From: the human T2T-CHM13v2.0 reference genome, Homo sapiens | NCBI RefSeq assembly: GCF_009914755.1 | Contig: NC_060940.1 | Reading direction: 5' to 3' (one strand) | Length of the DNA: 64,000 bases | Shown: positions 39,958-55,600 of the stretch, one piece after another | Layout: every line of letters begins with the position of its first letter | How positions within the stretch are numbered: the first letter of the stretch is position 1 | The notes under the pieces: generated by a model | What the model was told of the DNA's origin: nothing | Databases searched by the model: none | The model's input: the letters and a program-made list of their open reading frames with translations, nothing else | Made by a program: the position numbers and the translations under genes

Positions 39958-42900
39958 AATTCAGTTCTGTTCTATTATGAATCCATTCGATTTCATTCAA
40001 TGCTTCTATTTGATTCCATTCGACGATGATTCCATCTCTTTCCCTTCGATGTTTCCATTTGATTCCATTCAGTGATGATTCCATTTGATTCCATCTGATG
40101 ATGATTTCACTTGATTCATTTCAATGATGATTCCATTCAAGTCCATTCGATGATTCCATTGGAGTCCAAACGATCATTCCATTCGATTCCATTCAATGAT
40201 GATTCCATTCATGTCCATTCAATGAATCCTTTCAATTCCATTCGATGATGACTCCATTCGAGTACATTCGATGATTCCATTTGATTCCATTTGATGATGA
40301 TTACATTCAATTCCATTCGAAGATGATTCCATTCAATTCCACTTGATGATGATTCCGTATGAATCCATTCGCTGATTATTCCATTCGATTCCATTCATTG
40401 ACGATTCCATTCGATTCCATTCAATGATGATGCTCTTCTATTCCATTCGATGATTCCGGTCGATTCCATTCGATGATGATTCCATTAGATTCCATTCGAT
40501 TGTTGCATTCGATTCCCTTCGATGATGATTCCTTTGAATTCCATTCTATTATGATTCCGTATGAATCCATTTGATGATTATTCCATTGGATTCCTTTCGA
40601 TGATGATTCCATTCGATTCCATTTGATGATGTTTCTCATGTATTCCATTTGATAATTCCTTTCAATTCCCTTCGATGATGATTCTTTCGAGTCAATTCGA
40701 TGATTCTATTCCATTCCCTTCGATGATGATTCCATTTCACTCCATTCGATGATTCCATTCGATTCAATTTGGTGATGATTCAATTCGATGACATTCAATG
40801 ACTCCATTCAATTTCATTTGATGATGATTACATTCGAGTCCATTTGATGATTGTATTCCTTTCCTTTTGATGATTATTCCATTCGTGTCTATTCAAAGAT
40901 TCCATTCTATTCCATTCAATGATGATTCCAATTGATTCCATTCAATGATTATGGCTATCGATTCCACTCGTTGATTCCATTTGATTCCATTCGATGATTA
41001 TTCCGTTAGATTCCATTAGGAGATTCCATTCGATTTTATTCAATGATTCCAATTGATTCCATTCAATGATGATTCCATTCGACTCCATTCAGTGATTCCA
41101 TTTGAGTCCATTTGATGATTCCATTCGAGTCCATTTGATGATTCCATTCTTTTCCATTTGATGATGATTCCATTAGGGTCCATTCAATGATTCCATTCGA
41201 GTCCATTCGTTAATGCCTTTCGAGTCCTTTTGATCACTACATTCGAGTCCATTCAATGATTCTATTCGATTCCATTCCATGATGATTCCATTCGAGTTCA
41301 TTCGATGATTGCATTCGAGTCCATTTGATGATTCCATAAGATTCCATTCGACAATGATTCCATTCGTGTCCATTTGATGATTCCATTCATTTCCTATCGA
41401 TGAAGATTCCATTCGAGTGTATTCGATGATTCCATTCAAATCCATTCGATGATGATTCCATTCCAGTCCATTCGATCATTCCACTTGATTCCATTTGATG
41501 ACTATTCCATTCAAATCCATTTGATGATTCCATTCGATTCCATTCGATGTTACCATTCCAGTATATACGATGATTCCACTCGATTCCATTTGATGATTAT
41601 TCCATTGGAGTCGACTTAGTGAATCCTTTAGATTCTACTCGAAGATGATTCCATTCGAGTCCATTCGATGATACCATTCAATTCCATTCGTTGATGCTTC
41701 CATTCAAGTGCATTCGATGATATCATTCGATTCCATTTGATGATAATTCCATTTGATTCCATGTGATGATTCTATTCCATTCCATTCAATGATAATTCCA
41801 TTCAATTCAGTGATTCCTCTGGACTCCATTTGATGATGATTCCATTCAATGATTCCATTCGATTCTATTCGAAAATGATTCCATTTGAATCCATTTGATG
41901 ATGATTCCATTCGATTCCATTTGATGATTCCATTCGATTCCATTCGACGATGATTCCATTCGATTCCATTTGATGATTCCATTCTATTCTATTCGATGAT
42001 GATTCCATTCGATTCCATTCGATGATGATTGGATTCGATTCCATTTGATGATTTCATTTGATTCCATTCGATGATGATTTCGATCAATTCCATTCGATGA
42101 TTCCATTCGATTCCATTTGATAATGATTACATCCGAGTCCATTCGATGATTCCATTTGAGCCCGTTCGATAATTCCATTTGAGTCCAATCAATGATTCCA
42201 TTCATTTCCATTCAATGATTCCATTCGAGTCCATTTGATCATTCCGGTAGGGTCCGTTCGATGTTGATTCCATTGGAGTGCATTCGATGATTCCATTCGA
42301 GTCCATTTTAGGATTTGATTCGAGTCCTTTCGATGATTCCATTCGATTCCACTCGATGCGATGATGATTTCATTCGAGTCCATTCGACACTTCCAATCGA
42401 TTCCATTTGATGTTTCCATTCGAGTCCAATTGATGATTCCGTTCAATTCCATTCGATGATGATTCCGTACGATTCCATTCTGTGATGATTCCATGTGATT
42501 GCATTCAATGATGATTCCTTTCGATTGCATTCGATTATGATTCATTTCGTGTTCATTCTATGGTTCCACAGGTTTCACATCGTGTCCATTCCATTATTCC
42601 ATTCTATTCCATTTGATGATGATTCCATTCGATTCCATTCATTGGTGATTCCACTCAATTCCATTCAATGATTCCATTCCATTTCTTTCAACAATGATTC
42701 CATTAGTTTCTAATCGATGATCCACTTGATTCCATTTGACGATGATTCCATTCTTGTCCATTCGATGATTCCATTTGATTCCATATGATGATGATTCCAT
42801 TCGATTCCATACGATGATGATTCCATTCGAGTCCATTCAATGGTGATTCCATTCAATTCCATTCGATGATTCCTTTCGATTCCATTTGATGATGATGGCA

Positions 42901-45900
42901 TTCGATTCCTTTCAATCATTCCCTTTGATTCCACTCAAAGGTGATTTCATTCAAGTCCATTCGATAATTGCATTCGATTCCATTCTATGATGATTCCATT
43001 CGAGTCCATTTGATGATTCCATTCAATTCAAGTCAATGATGATTCCATTCGATTCCATTCGATGATTCCATTGGATTCCATTCGATGATGATTCCATTCA
43101 AATCCATTCGATAATTCAATTCACGTCCATTCGATGATGATTCCAATCGAATCCATTCAAAGATTCCATTCAATTCCATTCGATGATTCCCTTAGATTCC
43201 ATTCGATGATTCCACTTGATTCCATTTACGATGATTCCATTCGATTCCATGTGATGATTCCATTCAATTCTATTCAATGATGTTTCCATTTGATTCCATT
43301 CGACCATGATTGCCTTTGATTCCATTCAATGATTCCATTCGGTTCCGTTTGATGATGATTCCGTTCGATTCCATTTGATGATTCCATTTGATTCCATTGG
43401 ATGAGTCCATTCGATTACATTCAATGATTATTCCATTCGAGTGCATTAGATGATTCCATTCGAGTCCATTCGATGATTCCATTCGAGTCCATTCGATGAT
43501 TCCATTCGATTCCATTCGATGTTGATTCTGTTCAAATCCATTCGATGATTCCACTCGATTCCATTCGATGACTCCATTTGATCCCATTCGATGATTTCCT
43601 TTGATTCCCTTTGATGATCATTCCATTTGATTCAATTCGGTGATTTCATTGGATTCCATTCAGTGATGTTTCCATTCGACTCCATTCGATGATGATTCCA
43701 TTCGACTACATTCGATTATGATTTCATTCAATTCCATTCGATAAAGATTCCCTTCGAGTCCAATCGATGATTCCATTCGATTCCATTCAACGATGATTTG
43801 ATTCGTGTCCATTCGATGATTCCATTTGATTCCACTTGATGAGGATTCCATTCGAGTCCATTTGATGATTCCATTCAATTCCATTCTCCGATGATTTCTT
43901 TTGAGCCCATTCAATGCTTCCACTCGATTACATATGATGATGACTCCATTCGATGAAACTCGATGATGATTCCATTCGCTTGGATTCGATGATGATTCCA
44001 CTTGAGTCCGTTAGAAGATTCTATTCAATTACATTCCATGACGATTCCGTTCGAGTCCATTTGATGATTCCATTACACTCCATTCGACAATGATTCCATT
44101 CAATGTTATCCGATGATTCCATTCGATCTCATTCGATGATGATTCCATTCAACTCCATTCGATGTTTCCATTCGAGTTCATTCTATTATTCCATTAGATT
44201 CCATTCGATGATGATTCCATTCGATTCCATTTGATGATTGCATTCTATTTCATTTGATGATGATTCCATTCGAGTCCATTCGATGATTCCATTCGAGTCC
44301 ATTTAATGAATCCATTGGTTTCAATTCTATGATGATTATATTGGATTCCATTCGTTGATGATTTCATTCGATTCCATTCAATGATGATTCCATTCAATTC
44401 CATTCAATGATTCCATTCAATTCCATACGATGATGATTCCATTTGATTTGATTCGACAGTGAGCCATTCGATTCAATTCCATGATGATTCTATTTGATTC
44501 ACTTGGTTGACATTTCCATTCGATTGCATTCGATGATGATTCCATTTGATTCCATTCAAAGATGATTCCATTCTAGCCCATTCAATCATTCCATTCGATT
44601 CTATTCAATGATGATTCCATTCATGTCGATTTGGTGATTCCATTTGACTTCATTTGATGATGATTCCTTTCAAGTTCATTAGATGATTCCATTCGATTCC
44701 ATTTGATGATGATCCCATTCGAGTCCATTCAGTGATTCCACTCGTTTCCATTCCATGATGATTCCATTCCATTCCATTCAATGATTCCATTCGATTCCGT
44801 TTGATGATGATTTCATTCGAGTCCATTTGATGATTCCATTTGATTCCATTCGATGATGATTCCATTCGAGTCCATTCGATGATTCTATTCGAATCCATTT
44901 GATGATTTCTTTTGATTATATTTGGTGATGATTCCATTGGAGTCCATTCAATGATTCCATTCGATTCCAATCGATGGTGGTTCCATTAGAGTCCATTTAA
45001 TGATTCCATTTCATTCCAGTCTCTGATGTTTACATTCGAGTCCATACGATGATTCCACTCAATTCCATATGATGATGATTCCATTCGATTCCATTCGATG
45101 ATTCCATTCTATTCTATTCAATGGTGATTCCATTCGAGTACATTAGATGATTCCATTCGATTCCATTCAATGATGATTCTATTTGTGTCCCTTAGATGAT
45201 TCCACATGCTTTCATTAGATGATGATACTATTTGAGCCCATCCAATGATTCCCTTCGATTCCATTCGATGAGGATTCCATTCGATTCAATTCATTGGTGA
45301 TTCTATTCAATTCAATTCTTTGATTCAATTCCATTCCATTCGACAATGATTCCATTCGATTTCTTTCGATGATTCCACTCAATTTCACTTGACATTGATT
45401 CCATTCGATTCCATTCAATGATTCCATTTGATTCCAGTGGATGATGATTGCCGTCGATTCCATTCGATCACTCCATTCTGTTCCATTTGATGATGATTAC
45501 ATTCGATTCCATTTGATGATTCCATCTGATTCTATTCGAGGATTCCATTTGATTCCATTCGATGATGATTCCATTCGAGTCCATTCGATGATTTCATTCG
45601 AGTACATCCAATGATTCCATTCGAGTCCATTTGATGATTCCATTTCATTCCATTTGATTATGATTCTACTAGAGTCCATTCAATGACTCCATTCGAGTCC
45701 ATTCAACAGTTCCATCCGAGTCCATTCGATGATTCCATTCGATTCCATTTGATGATTCCATTTGAGTCCATTTAATCATTACAGTCGAGTCCATTTGGTG
45801 ATTCCACTGGATTTCTTTTGATAATGATACCATTCAATTACATTTGATGATGATCCCATTCAATTTCATTTGATGATGATTCCATTAGAGTCCATTCGAT

Positions 45901-48900
45901 GATTTCATTCGAGTCCCTTCATTGATTCCATCCGATTTCATTTCATGATGACTCCATTCGAGTCCATTCGATGATTCCACTCGATTCCATTAGATGATTC
46001 CATTGGAGTCCATTTGATTGTTCCATTCGATTCCATTCGATTCCTTTCGAAGATTATTCCATTTGAGTCCATTCGATGATGATTCCATTCCATTCCATTC
46101 GATGATTCCGTTTGATTCCATTCGATGATTCCCTGCGATTCCTTTTTATGATGATTCCATTCCATTCCATTCAATGATTCCATTCGAATCTATTCCATGA
46201 TGATTCCTTTCGATTCCATTCGCTGATGTTTCCGTTCAATTCCATTCGATGATGATTCCATTCGATTCCATTCATTGAGGATTCCATTGGATTCCATTCA
46301 ATGATGATTCCATTCTATTCCATTCAATGATTGCATTCAATTCCATTCAATGATTATGCCATTAGAGTAAATTCAACGATTCCATTCAATACCATTCGAT
46401 GATGATTCCTTTTGAGTCCATTCAATGATTTCATTCAAGTCCATTTGATGATTCCTTTCAATTCCATTCCATGATGATTCCATTCGAGTCCATTCGATGA
46501 TTCCATTCGATTGCATTCGATGATTCCATTATATTCCATTCAACGATGATTCCATTCGAGTCCATTCGATGATTCCATTAGAGTACATTTAATGATTGCT
46601 TTGTTTTCAATTCGAAGATGATTACATTGGATTCCATTCTATGATTCCATTCGATTCCATTCATTGATGATTCCACCCAATTCCATTCGATGATGATTCC
46701 ATTCGATTTCAATGATTCTACTCGATTCCATTCAATGATGATTCGATTCTATTCCGTTTGATGATTCCATTAGATTCCATTCTATGATGATTCCATTCGA
46801 GTCCATTCGAAGATTTCATTCGATTACATTCCATGACGATTCCATTCGAGTCCATTCGATGATTCCATTTGAATCCATTCGACGATGATTCCATTTGATG
46901 CTATTCGATGATTCCATTGGATTCCATTCGATGATGATTCCATTCGACTTGATTTGATGTTTCTATTTGAGTCCATTCGGTTATTTTATTAGACTACATT
47001 CGATGATGATTCCATTCGATGCCATTCAATGATTCCATTTGATTCCACTCAATGATGATTGCATTCGTGTCCATTCGATGATTCCATTTGGTTCCATTTG
47101 ATGATGATTCCATTCGAGTCCATTCGATGATACCATTCAATTCCATTCGATGATCATTCCATTCGAATCCATTTGATGATTCCTCTCAATTCCATTTGAT
47201 GACTCCTTTCATTCCCATTCGATGATTCCCTTCAGTTCCAATTGGATGATCTTTCCATTTGATTCAATATGGTGACTCCATTCTATTATATTCAATGATG
47301 ATTCCATTCGACTCCATTAGATGATGACTCCATTCCATTCCATTCGATTGTGATTTCATTCGATTCCATTCGAAGATGATTCCATTCGAGTCCATTTGAT
47401 GATTCCATTCGATTCCATTCAATGATGATTCCACTCAAATCCATTGGATGATTCCATTCGTTTCCAATTGGTGATTTCATTAGATTCCATTCGAGGATGA
47501 TTCTATTCGAGTCCATTCAATGATTCCATTGGATTCCGTTTGATAATGATTCCATTAGAGTTCATTCGATGATTCCCTTCGAGTCCATTCGATTATTTCT
47601 TTTGATTCCATTTGATGATGATTCCATTCGATTCCATTCAATGATTCCATTCCATTCCATTCGATGATGATTCCATTCGATAATGATTACATTCGAGCCC
47701 ATGTGATGATTCCATTAGATTCTATTCAATGATGATTCCATTCGACCACATTCGATGATGGCATTCGAGTCCATTCGATGATTTCACTCGATTCCACTTG
47801 ATGATGATTCCTTTTGAGTCCATTTGATGATTACATTCGAGTCCATGAGATGACTCCATTCGATTCCATTTCATGATGATGCAATTCGAGGCTATTCGAT
47901 CATCCCATTTTAGTGCATTCGGTGATTCTCTTTTATTACATTCGATGAGGGCTCCATTCGAGTCCATTCAATGATTCCATTAGATTCCACTCGATGATGA
48001 TTCCATTTGAGTCCATTCAAAGATTCCTTTCGAGTCCATTCGATAATTCTATTGGATTCCACTAGGTGATGATTCCTTTCGAGTCAATTCGATGATTCCT
48101 TTCAAGTGCCTTCAATGATTCCATTCGATTCCATTCGATGACGATTCATTTCAAGTCCATTCAATGGTTCCATTCTGTTGAATTTGATGGTTCCATTTGA
48201 TTCCATTCGATGATGATTCCATTCGTGTCCATTGGATGATTCCATTCGATTCCTTTCGAGGAAGATTCCATTCGACTCCATTCGATGATTCCGTTCGATT
48301 CCATTCCATGATGATTCCATTTGATTCCATTCCATGATTCCATTCGATACCATTCGATGATGATTCCATTCGACTCCATTTGATGAATCCATTCAATGCT
48401 TCCATTCGAGTCCATTCGATGATTCCATTCGATTCCATTCCATGAAGATTCCATTCGAGTACATTTGATGATTCCATTTAATTCCATAGGATGATGATTC
48501 TATTAGGGTCCGTTGACTATTCCATTCAATTCCATTCGAAGATTCCATTCGAGTCCACTCGATGATTCTATTTGATTCCATTTGATAATTCCATTCGATT
48601 CCATTTGATGTTGATTCCATTCGAGTCCATTCGATCATTATTACATTTGATTCTATTCGATGATTCCATTCGATTCCATTTGATGAGGATTCCATTCGAG
48701 ACCATTTGATGATTCCATTCAATTCCATTGGATGATTCCAATATTTTCCATTAGATGATGATTCCATTCGATTCCATTCAATGATGATTCCATCAGAATC
48801 CATTCGATGATGACTCCTTTTGCTTCCATTCAATGATCATTACATTCGGTTCCATTCGATGATGATTCCTTTGGATTCCATTCGATGATGCTTCCATTCG

Positions 48901-51900
48901 ATTCCATTTGATGATGATTCTTTTCGATTCCATTTGATGATGATTCCATTTGATTCCATTCGATGGTGATTCCATTTGATGATTCCATTCGATTGTATTC
49001 GATGATGATTCCACTCGATTCTATTTGATGATGACTGCATTCGATTCCATTTGATGATTCCATTTGATTCCATTCGATGATGATTCTGATCAATTGCATT
49101 CGATGATCCATTCGATTCCATTTGATGGTTCCATTTGATTCCATTTGATAATGATTCCTTTCGAGTCCATTCGATGATTCCATTTGCGGATATTCGATAA
49201 TTCCATTTGAGTCCAACCGATGATTCCATTCGAGGCCATTCAATCATTCTTTTTGAGTCCTTTCGATAAAGATTCCATTTTAGTCCATTCAATAATTCCA
49301 CTGGAGTCCATTCGATGATTGCTTTTAATTCCATTCGATGATATTCCATTCGAGTCCATTCGATGATTCCATTCGTTGCTATTAGATGATGATTCCATTC
49401 ATGACCATTTGGTGATTCCATTCGATTTCATTCGTTGATGATTCCATTCGAGTCCATTCCATGATTCCATTCAAGTCCATTTGATGATTTCTTTGAATTC
49501 AATTCGATGATGATTCCATTCGAGTCCATTCGATGATTCCATTCAGTTCCATTCGATGATGATTCCTTTCGAGACCATATGATGATTCCATTTGATTTCA
49601 TTCGATGATGATTCCATTCGATTCCATTCGATGATTCCATTCTATTCCATTCGATGACGATTCCATTCGAGTCCATTTAATGATTCCATTGGGTTCAATT
49701 CAATGATGATTACATTGGATTCTCTTCTATGATAGCATTCAATTCCGTTCATTGACAATTTGATTCCATTCGATGATGATTCCATTTGAGTTCATTCGAT
49801 GATTCTATTCGATTCTCTTCGATGGTGATTCAATTCTATTATATTGGATGATTCCATTCGATTCCATTTGATGTTGATTCAATTCGATTCTATTCGATGA
49901 TGATTCCATTGGATTTCATTTGATGATTCTATTCGATTCCATTCAATGATGATTCACTTCTCGTCCATTGGATGATTCCATTTCATTCCATTCGATGATG
50001 ATTCCATTCGATTCCATTCGATGATTCCATTTGATTCCATTCGACGTTGAGCAATTCGATTCAATTCCATGATGATTCTATTTGATTCAGTTAGATGATG
50101 TTTCCATTCGAATCCATTCCATGATTATTCCATTGGAATCCATTCGGCGATGATTCCATATGAGTCAATTCAATGATGCTTCCATATGGGTCAGTTCGAT
50201 GATAATTCCATTTGATTTCATTCGATGCTTCTATTCAATTCCAGTCGATGATGATTCCGTTGGAGTCCATACGATGACTCCATTTGATTTCATTTGATGA
50301 TGATTCCATTCGATTCCATTCGATGACTCCATTCTGTTCCATTCGATGATGATTCCATTCGAGTCCATTCGATGATTCCATTCGAGTCCATTTCATGATT
50401 CCATTGGGTTCAATTCGATGATGATTACACTGGATTCCATTCTATGATTCCATTCAATTCCATTCGTTGATGATTCGATTCCATTCAATGATGATTCCAT
50501 TTGAGTTCATTCGATGATTCTATTCGATTCCGTTCGATGGTGATTCAATTCTATTATATTGGATGATTCCATTCGATTCCATTTGATGATGATTCCATTC
50601 GATTCCATTCGATGATGATTCCATTTGATTCCATTTGATGTTGATTCTATTCGATTCTATTCAATGATGATTCCATTCGATTTCATTTGATGATTCTATT
50701 CGATTCCTTTCGATGATTCTATTCCATTCCATTCGATGATGATTCAATTCTCTTCCATTGGATGATTCCATTTTATTCCATTCGACGATGACTCCATTTG
50801 ATTCCATTCAATGATGATTCCATTCGATTCCATTCGGTGATTCCATTTGATTCCATTCGACGGTGAGCAATTTGATTCAATTCCATAATGATTCTATTTG
50901 ATTCAATTAGATGATGTTTCCATTCGAATCCATTCGGTGATGATTCCATTGGTATCCATTCGACGATGATTCCATATGAGTCAATTCGATGATGATTCCA
51001 TACGAGTCCGTTGGATGATAATTCCATTTGATTTCATTCAATCCTTCTATTCGATTCCATTTGATGATGATTCCATCTGAATCCATTCTCCGATTCCATT
51101 CGATTTCATTCGATGCTTCTATTTGATTTCATTCGAAGATGATTCCTTTCAATTCCGTTCATTAATTCCATTTGATTCCATTCGATGATGATTCCATCCG
51201 ATTCCATTGGATTATGATTCCATTCGAGTCCATTCGATGATTCCGTTCTAATCCATTCTATGATTCCATTCGAGTCCATTCGATGATTCCATTCGATTCC
51301 ATTCAGTGATGATTCCATTTGATTCCATCTGATGATGATTTCATTTGATTCCATTCGATGATGATTCCATTGGAGTCCATTGAATGATTCAATTCAATTC
51401 CATTCCATGTGGATTCCATTCGAATTCATTCGATTATTCCATTCAAATCCCTTCGTTGATTCCATCTGATTCCACTTGACGATGATTCCATTCAAGTCCA
51501 ATCGATGATTCCATTCGGTTCCATTCAATGATTCCATTCGAGTCCATTTATGTATTATATTCGTGTCCACTTGATGACTCACTCCATTCAATTCCATTTA
51601 ATGATGATTCCATTTGATTCCATTTGATGATTCAGTTCGATTCCTTACAATGATTCCCTACGATTCCTTTCTATGATGATTCCATTCGATTCCATTCATT
51701 GATGATTCCATTCGACTCCATTCGATGATGATTCCTTTCGATTCCATTTGACGATGTTTCCATTTGAGTCCATTCGATGATGATTCCTTTGGTATCCATT
51801 CGACGATGATTCCATATGAGTCAATTCGATGATGATTCCATACGAGTCCGTTGGATGATAATTCCATTTGATTTCATTCAATCCTTCTATTCGATTCCAT

Positions 51901-52144
51901 TTGATGATGATTCCATCTGAATCCATTCTCCGATTCCATTCGATTTCATTCGATGCTTCTATTTGATTTCATTCGAAGATGATTCCTTTCAATTCCATTC
52001 ATTAATTCCATTTGATTCCATTCGATGATGATTCCATCCGATTCCATTGGATGATGATTCCACTCGAGTCCATTCGATGATTCCGTTCTAATCCATTCTA
52101 TGATTCCATTCGAGTCCATTCGATGATTCCATTCGATTCCATTC
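39476..52144 (+). repeat. 12,669-bp HOR copy B
   Basis: Constant +12,669 offsets on both sides, e.g. landmark CAAGTCAATG at 30360, 43029 and 55698. Confidence 0.92.
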
Positions 52145-52626
52145 AGTGATGATTCCATTTGATTCCATCTGATGATGATTTCATTTGATTCCATTCGATG
52201 ATGATTCCATTGGAGTCCATTGAATGATTCAATTCAATTCCATTCCATGTGGATTCCATTCGAATTCATTCGATTATTCCATTCAAATCCCTTCGTTGAT
52301 TCCATCTGATTCCACTTGACGATGATTCCATTCAAGTCCAATCGATGATTCCATTCGGTTCCATTCAATGATTCCATTCGAGTCCATTTATGTATTATAT
52401 TCGTGTCCACTTGATGACTCACTCCATTCAATTCCATTTAATGATGATTCCATTTGATTCCATTTGATGATTCAGTTCGATTCCTTACAATGATTCCCTA
52501 CGATTCCTTTCTATGATGATTCCATTCGATTCCATTCATTGATGATTCCATTCGACTCCATTCGATGATGATTCCTTTCGATTCCATTTGACGATGTTTC
52601 CATTTGAGTCCATTCGATGATGATTC
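50950..52626 (+). repeat. 840-bp tandem duplication, next HOR copy
   Basis: ORFs 51106/51946 and 51394/52234 are offset by 840. Confidence 0.92.
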
Positions 52627-55600
52627 AATTCAGTTCTGTTCTATTATGAATCCATTCGATTTCATTCAATGCTTCTATTTGATTCCATTCGACGATGATT
52701 CCATCTCTTTCCCTTCGATGATTCCATTTGATTCCATTCAGTGATGATTCCATTTGATTCCATCTGATGATGATTTCACTTGATTCATTTCAATGATGAT
52801 TCCATTCAAGTCCATTCGATGATTCCATTGGAGTCCAAACGATCATTCCATTCGATTCCATTCAATGATGATTCCATTCATGTCCATTCAATGAATCCTT
52901 TCAATTCCATTCGATGATGACTCCATTCGAGTACATTCGATGATTCCATTTGATTCCATTTGATGATGATTACATTCAATTCCATTCGAAGATGATTCCA
53001 TTCAATTCCACTTGATGATGATTCCGTATGAATCCATTCGCTGATTATTCCATTCGATTCCATTCATTGACGATTCCATTCGATTCCATTCAATGATGAT
53101 GCTCTTCTATTCCATTCGATGATTCCGGTCGATTCCATTCGATGATGATTCCATTAGATTCCATTCGATTGTTGCATTCGATTCCCTTCGATGATGATTC
53201 CTTTGAATTCCATTCTATTATGATTCCGTATGAATCCATTTGATGATTATTCCATTGGATTCCTTTCGATGATGATTCCATTCGATTCCATTTGATGATG
53301 TTTCTCATGTATTCCATTTGATAATTCCTTTCAATTCCCTTCGATGATGATTCTTTCGAGTCAATTCGATGATTCTATTCCATTCCCTTCGATGATGATT
53401 CCATTTCACTCCATTCGATGATTCCATTCGATTCAATTTGGTGATGATTCAATTCGATGACATTCAATGACTCCATTCAATTTCATTTGATGATGATTAC
53501 ATTCGAGTCCATTTGATGATTGTATTCCTTTCCTTTTGATGATTATTCCATTCGTGTCTATTCAAAGATTCCATTCTATTCCATTCAATGATGATTCCAA
53601 TTGATTCCATTCAATGATTATGGCTATCGATTCCACTCGTTGATTCCATTTGATTCCATTCGATGATTATTCCGTTAGATTCCATTAGGAGATTCCATTC
53701 GATTTTATTCAATGATTCCAATTGATTCCATTCAATGATGATTCCATTCGACTCCATTCAGTGATTCCATTTGAGTCCATTTGATGATTCCATTCGAGTC
53801 CATTTGATGATTCCATTCTTTTCCATTTGATGATGATTCCATTAGGGTCCATTCAATGATTCCATTCGAGTCCATTCGTTAATGCCTTTCGAGTCCTTTT
53901 GATCACTACATTCGAGTCCATTCAATGATTCTATTCGATTCCATTCCATGATGATTCCATTCGAGTTCATTCGATGATTGCATTCGAGTCCATTTGATGA
54001 TTCCATAAGATTCCATTCGACAATGATTCCATTCGTGTCCATTTGATGATTCCATTCATTTCCTATCGATGAAGATTCCATTCGAGTGTATTCGATGATT
54101 CCATTCAAATCCATTCGATGATGATTCCATTCCAGTCCATTCGATCATTCCACTTGATTCCATTTGATGACTATTCCATTCAAATCCATTTGATGATTCC
54201 ATTCGATTCCATTCGATGTTACCATTCCAGTATATACGATGATTCCACTCGATTCCATTTGATGATTATTCCATTGGAGTCGACTTAGTGAATCCTTTAG
54301 ATTCTACTCGAAGATGATTCCATTCGAGTCCATTCGATGATACCATTCAATTCCATTCGTTGATGCTTCCATTCAAGTGCATTCGATGATATCATTCGAT
54401 TCCATTTGATGATAATTCCATTTGATTCCATGTGATGATTCTATTCCATTCCATTCAATGATAATTCCATTCAATTCAGTGATTCCTCTGGACTCCATTT
54501 GATGATGATTCCATTCAATGATTCCATTCGATTCTATTCGAAAATGATTCCATTTGAATCCATTTGATGATGATTCCATTCGATTCCATTTGATGATTCC
54601 ATTCGATTCCATTCGACGATGATTCCATTCGATTCCATTTGATGATTCCATTCTATTCTATTCGATGATGATTCCATTCGATTCCATTCGATGATGATTG
54701 GATTCGATTCCATTTGATGATTTCATTTGATTCCATTCGATGATGATTTCGATCAATTCCATTCGATGATTCCATTCGATTCCATTTGATAATGATTACA
54801 TCCGAGTCCATTCGATGATTCCATTTGAGCCCGTTCGATAATTCCATTTGAGTCCAATCAATGATTCCATTCATTTCCATTCAATGATTCCATTCGAGTC
54901 CATTTGATCATTCCGGTAGGGTCCGTTCGATGTTGATTCCATTGGAGTGCATTCGATGATTCCATTCGAGTCCATTTTAGGATTTGATTCGAGTCCTTTC
55001 GATGATTCCATTCGATTCCACTCGATGCGATGATGATTTCATTCGAGTCCATTCGACACTTCCAATCGATTCCATTTGATGTTTCCATTCGAGTCCAATT
55101 GATGATTCCATTCAATTCCATTCGATGATGATTCCGTACGATTCCATTCTGTGATGATTCCATGTGATTGCATTCAATGATGATTCCTTTCGATTGCATT
55201 CGATTATGATTCATTTCGTGTTCATTCTATGGTTCCACAGGTTTCACATCGTGTCCATTCCATTATTCCATTCTATTCCATTTGATGATGATTCCATTCG
55301 ATTCCATTCATTGGTGATTCCACTCAATTCCATTCAATGATTCCATTCCATTTCTTTCAACAATGATTCCATTAGTTTCTAATCGATGATCCACTTGATT
55401 CCATTTGACGATGATTCCATTCTTGTCCATTCGATGATTCCATTTGATTCCATATGATGATGATTCCATTCGATTCCATACGATGATGATTCCATTCGAG
55501 TCCATTCAATGGTGATTCCATTCAATTCCATTCGATGATTCCTTTCGATTCCATTTGATGATGATGGCATTCGATTCCTTTCAATCATTCCCTTTGATTC

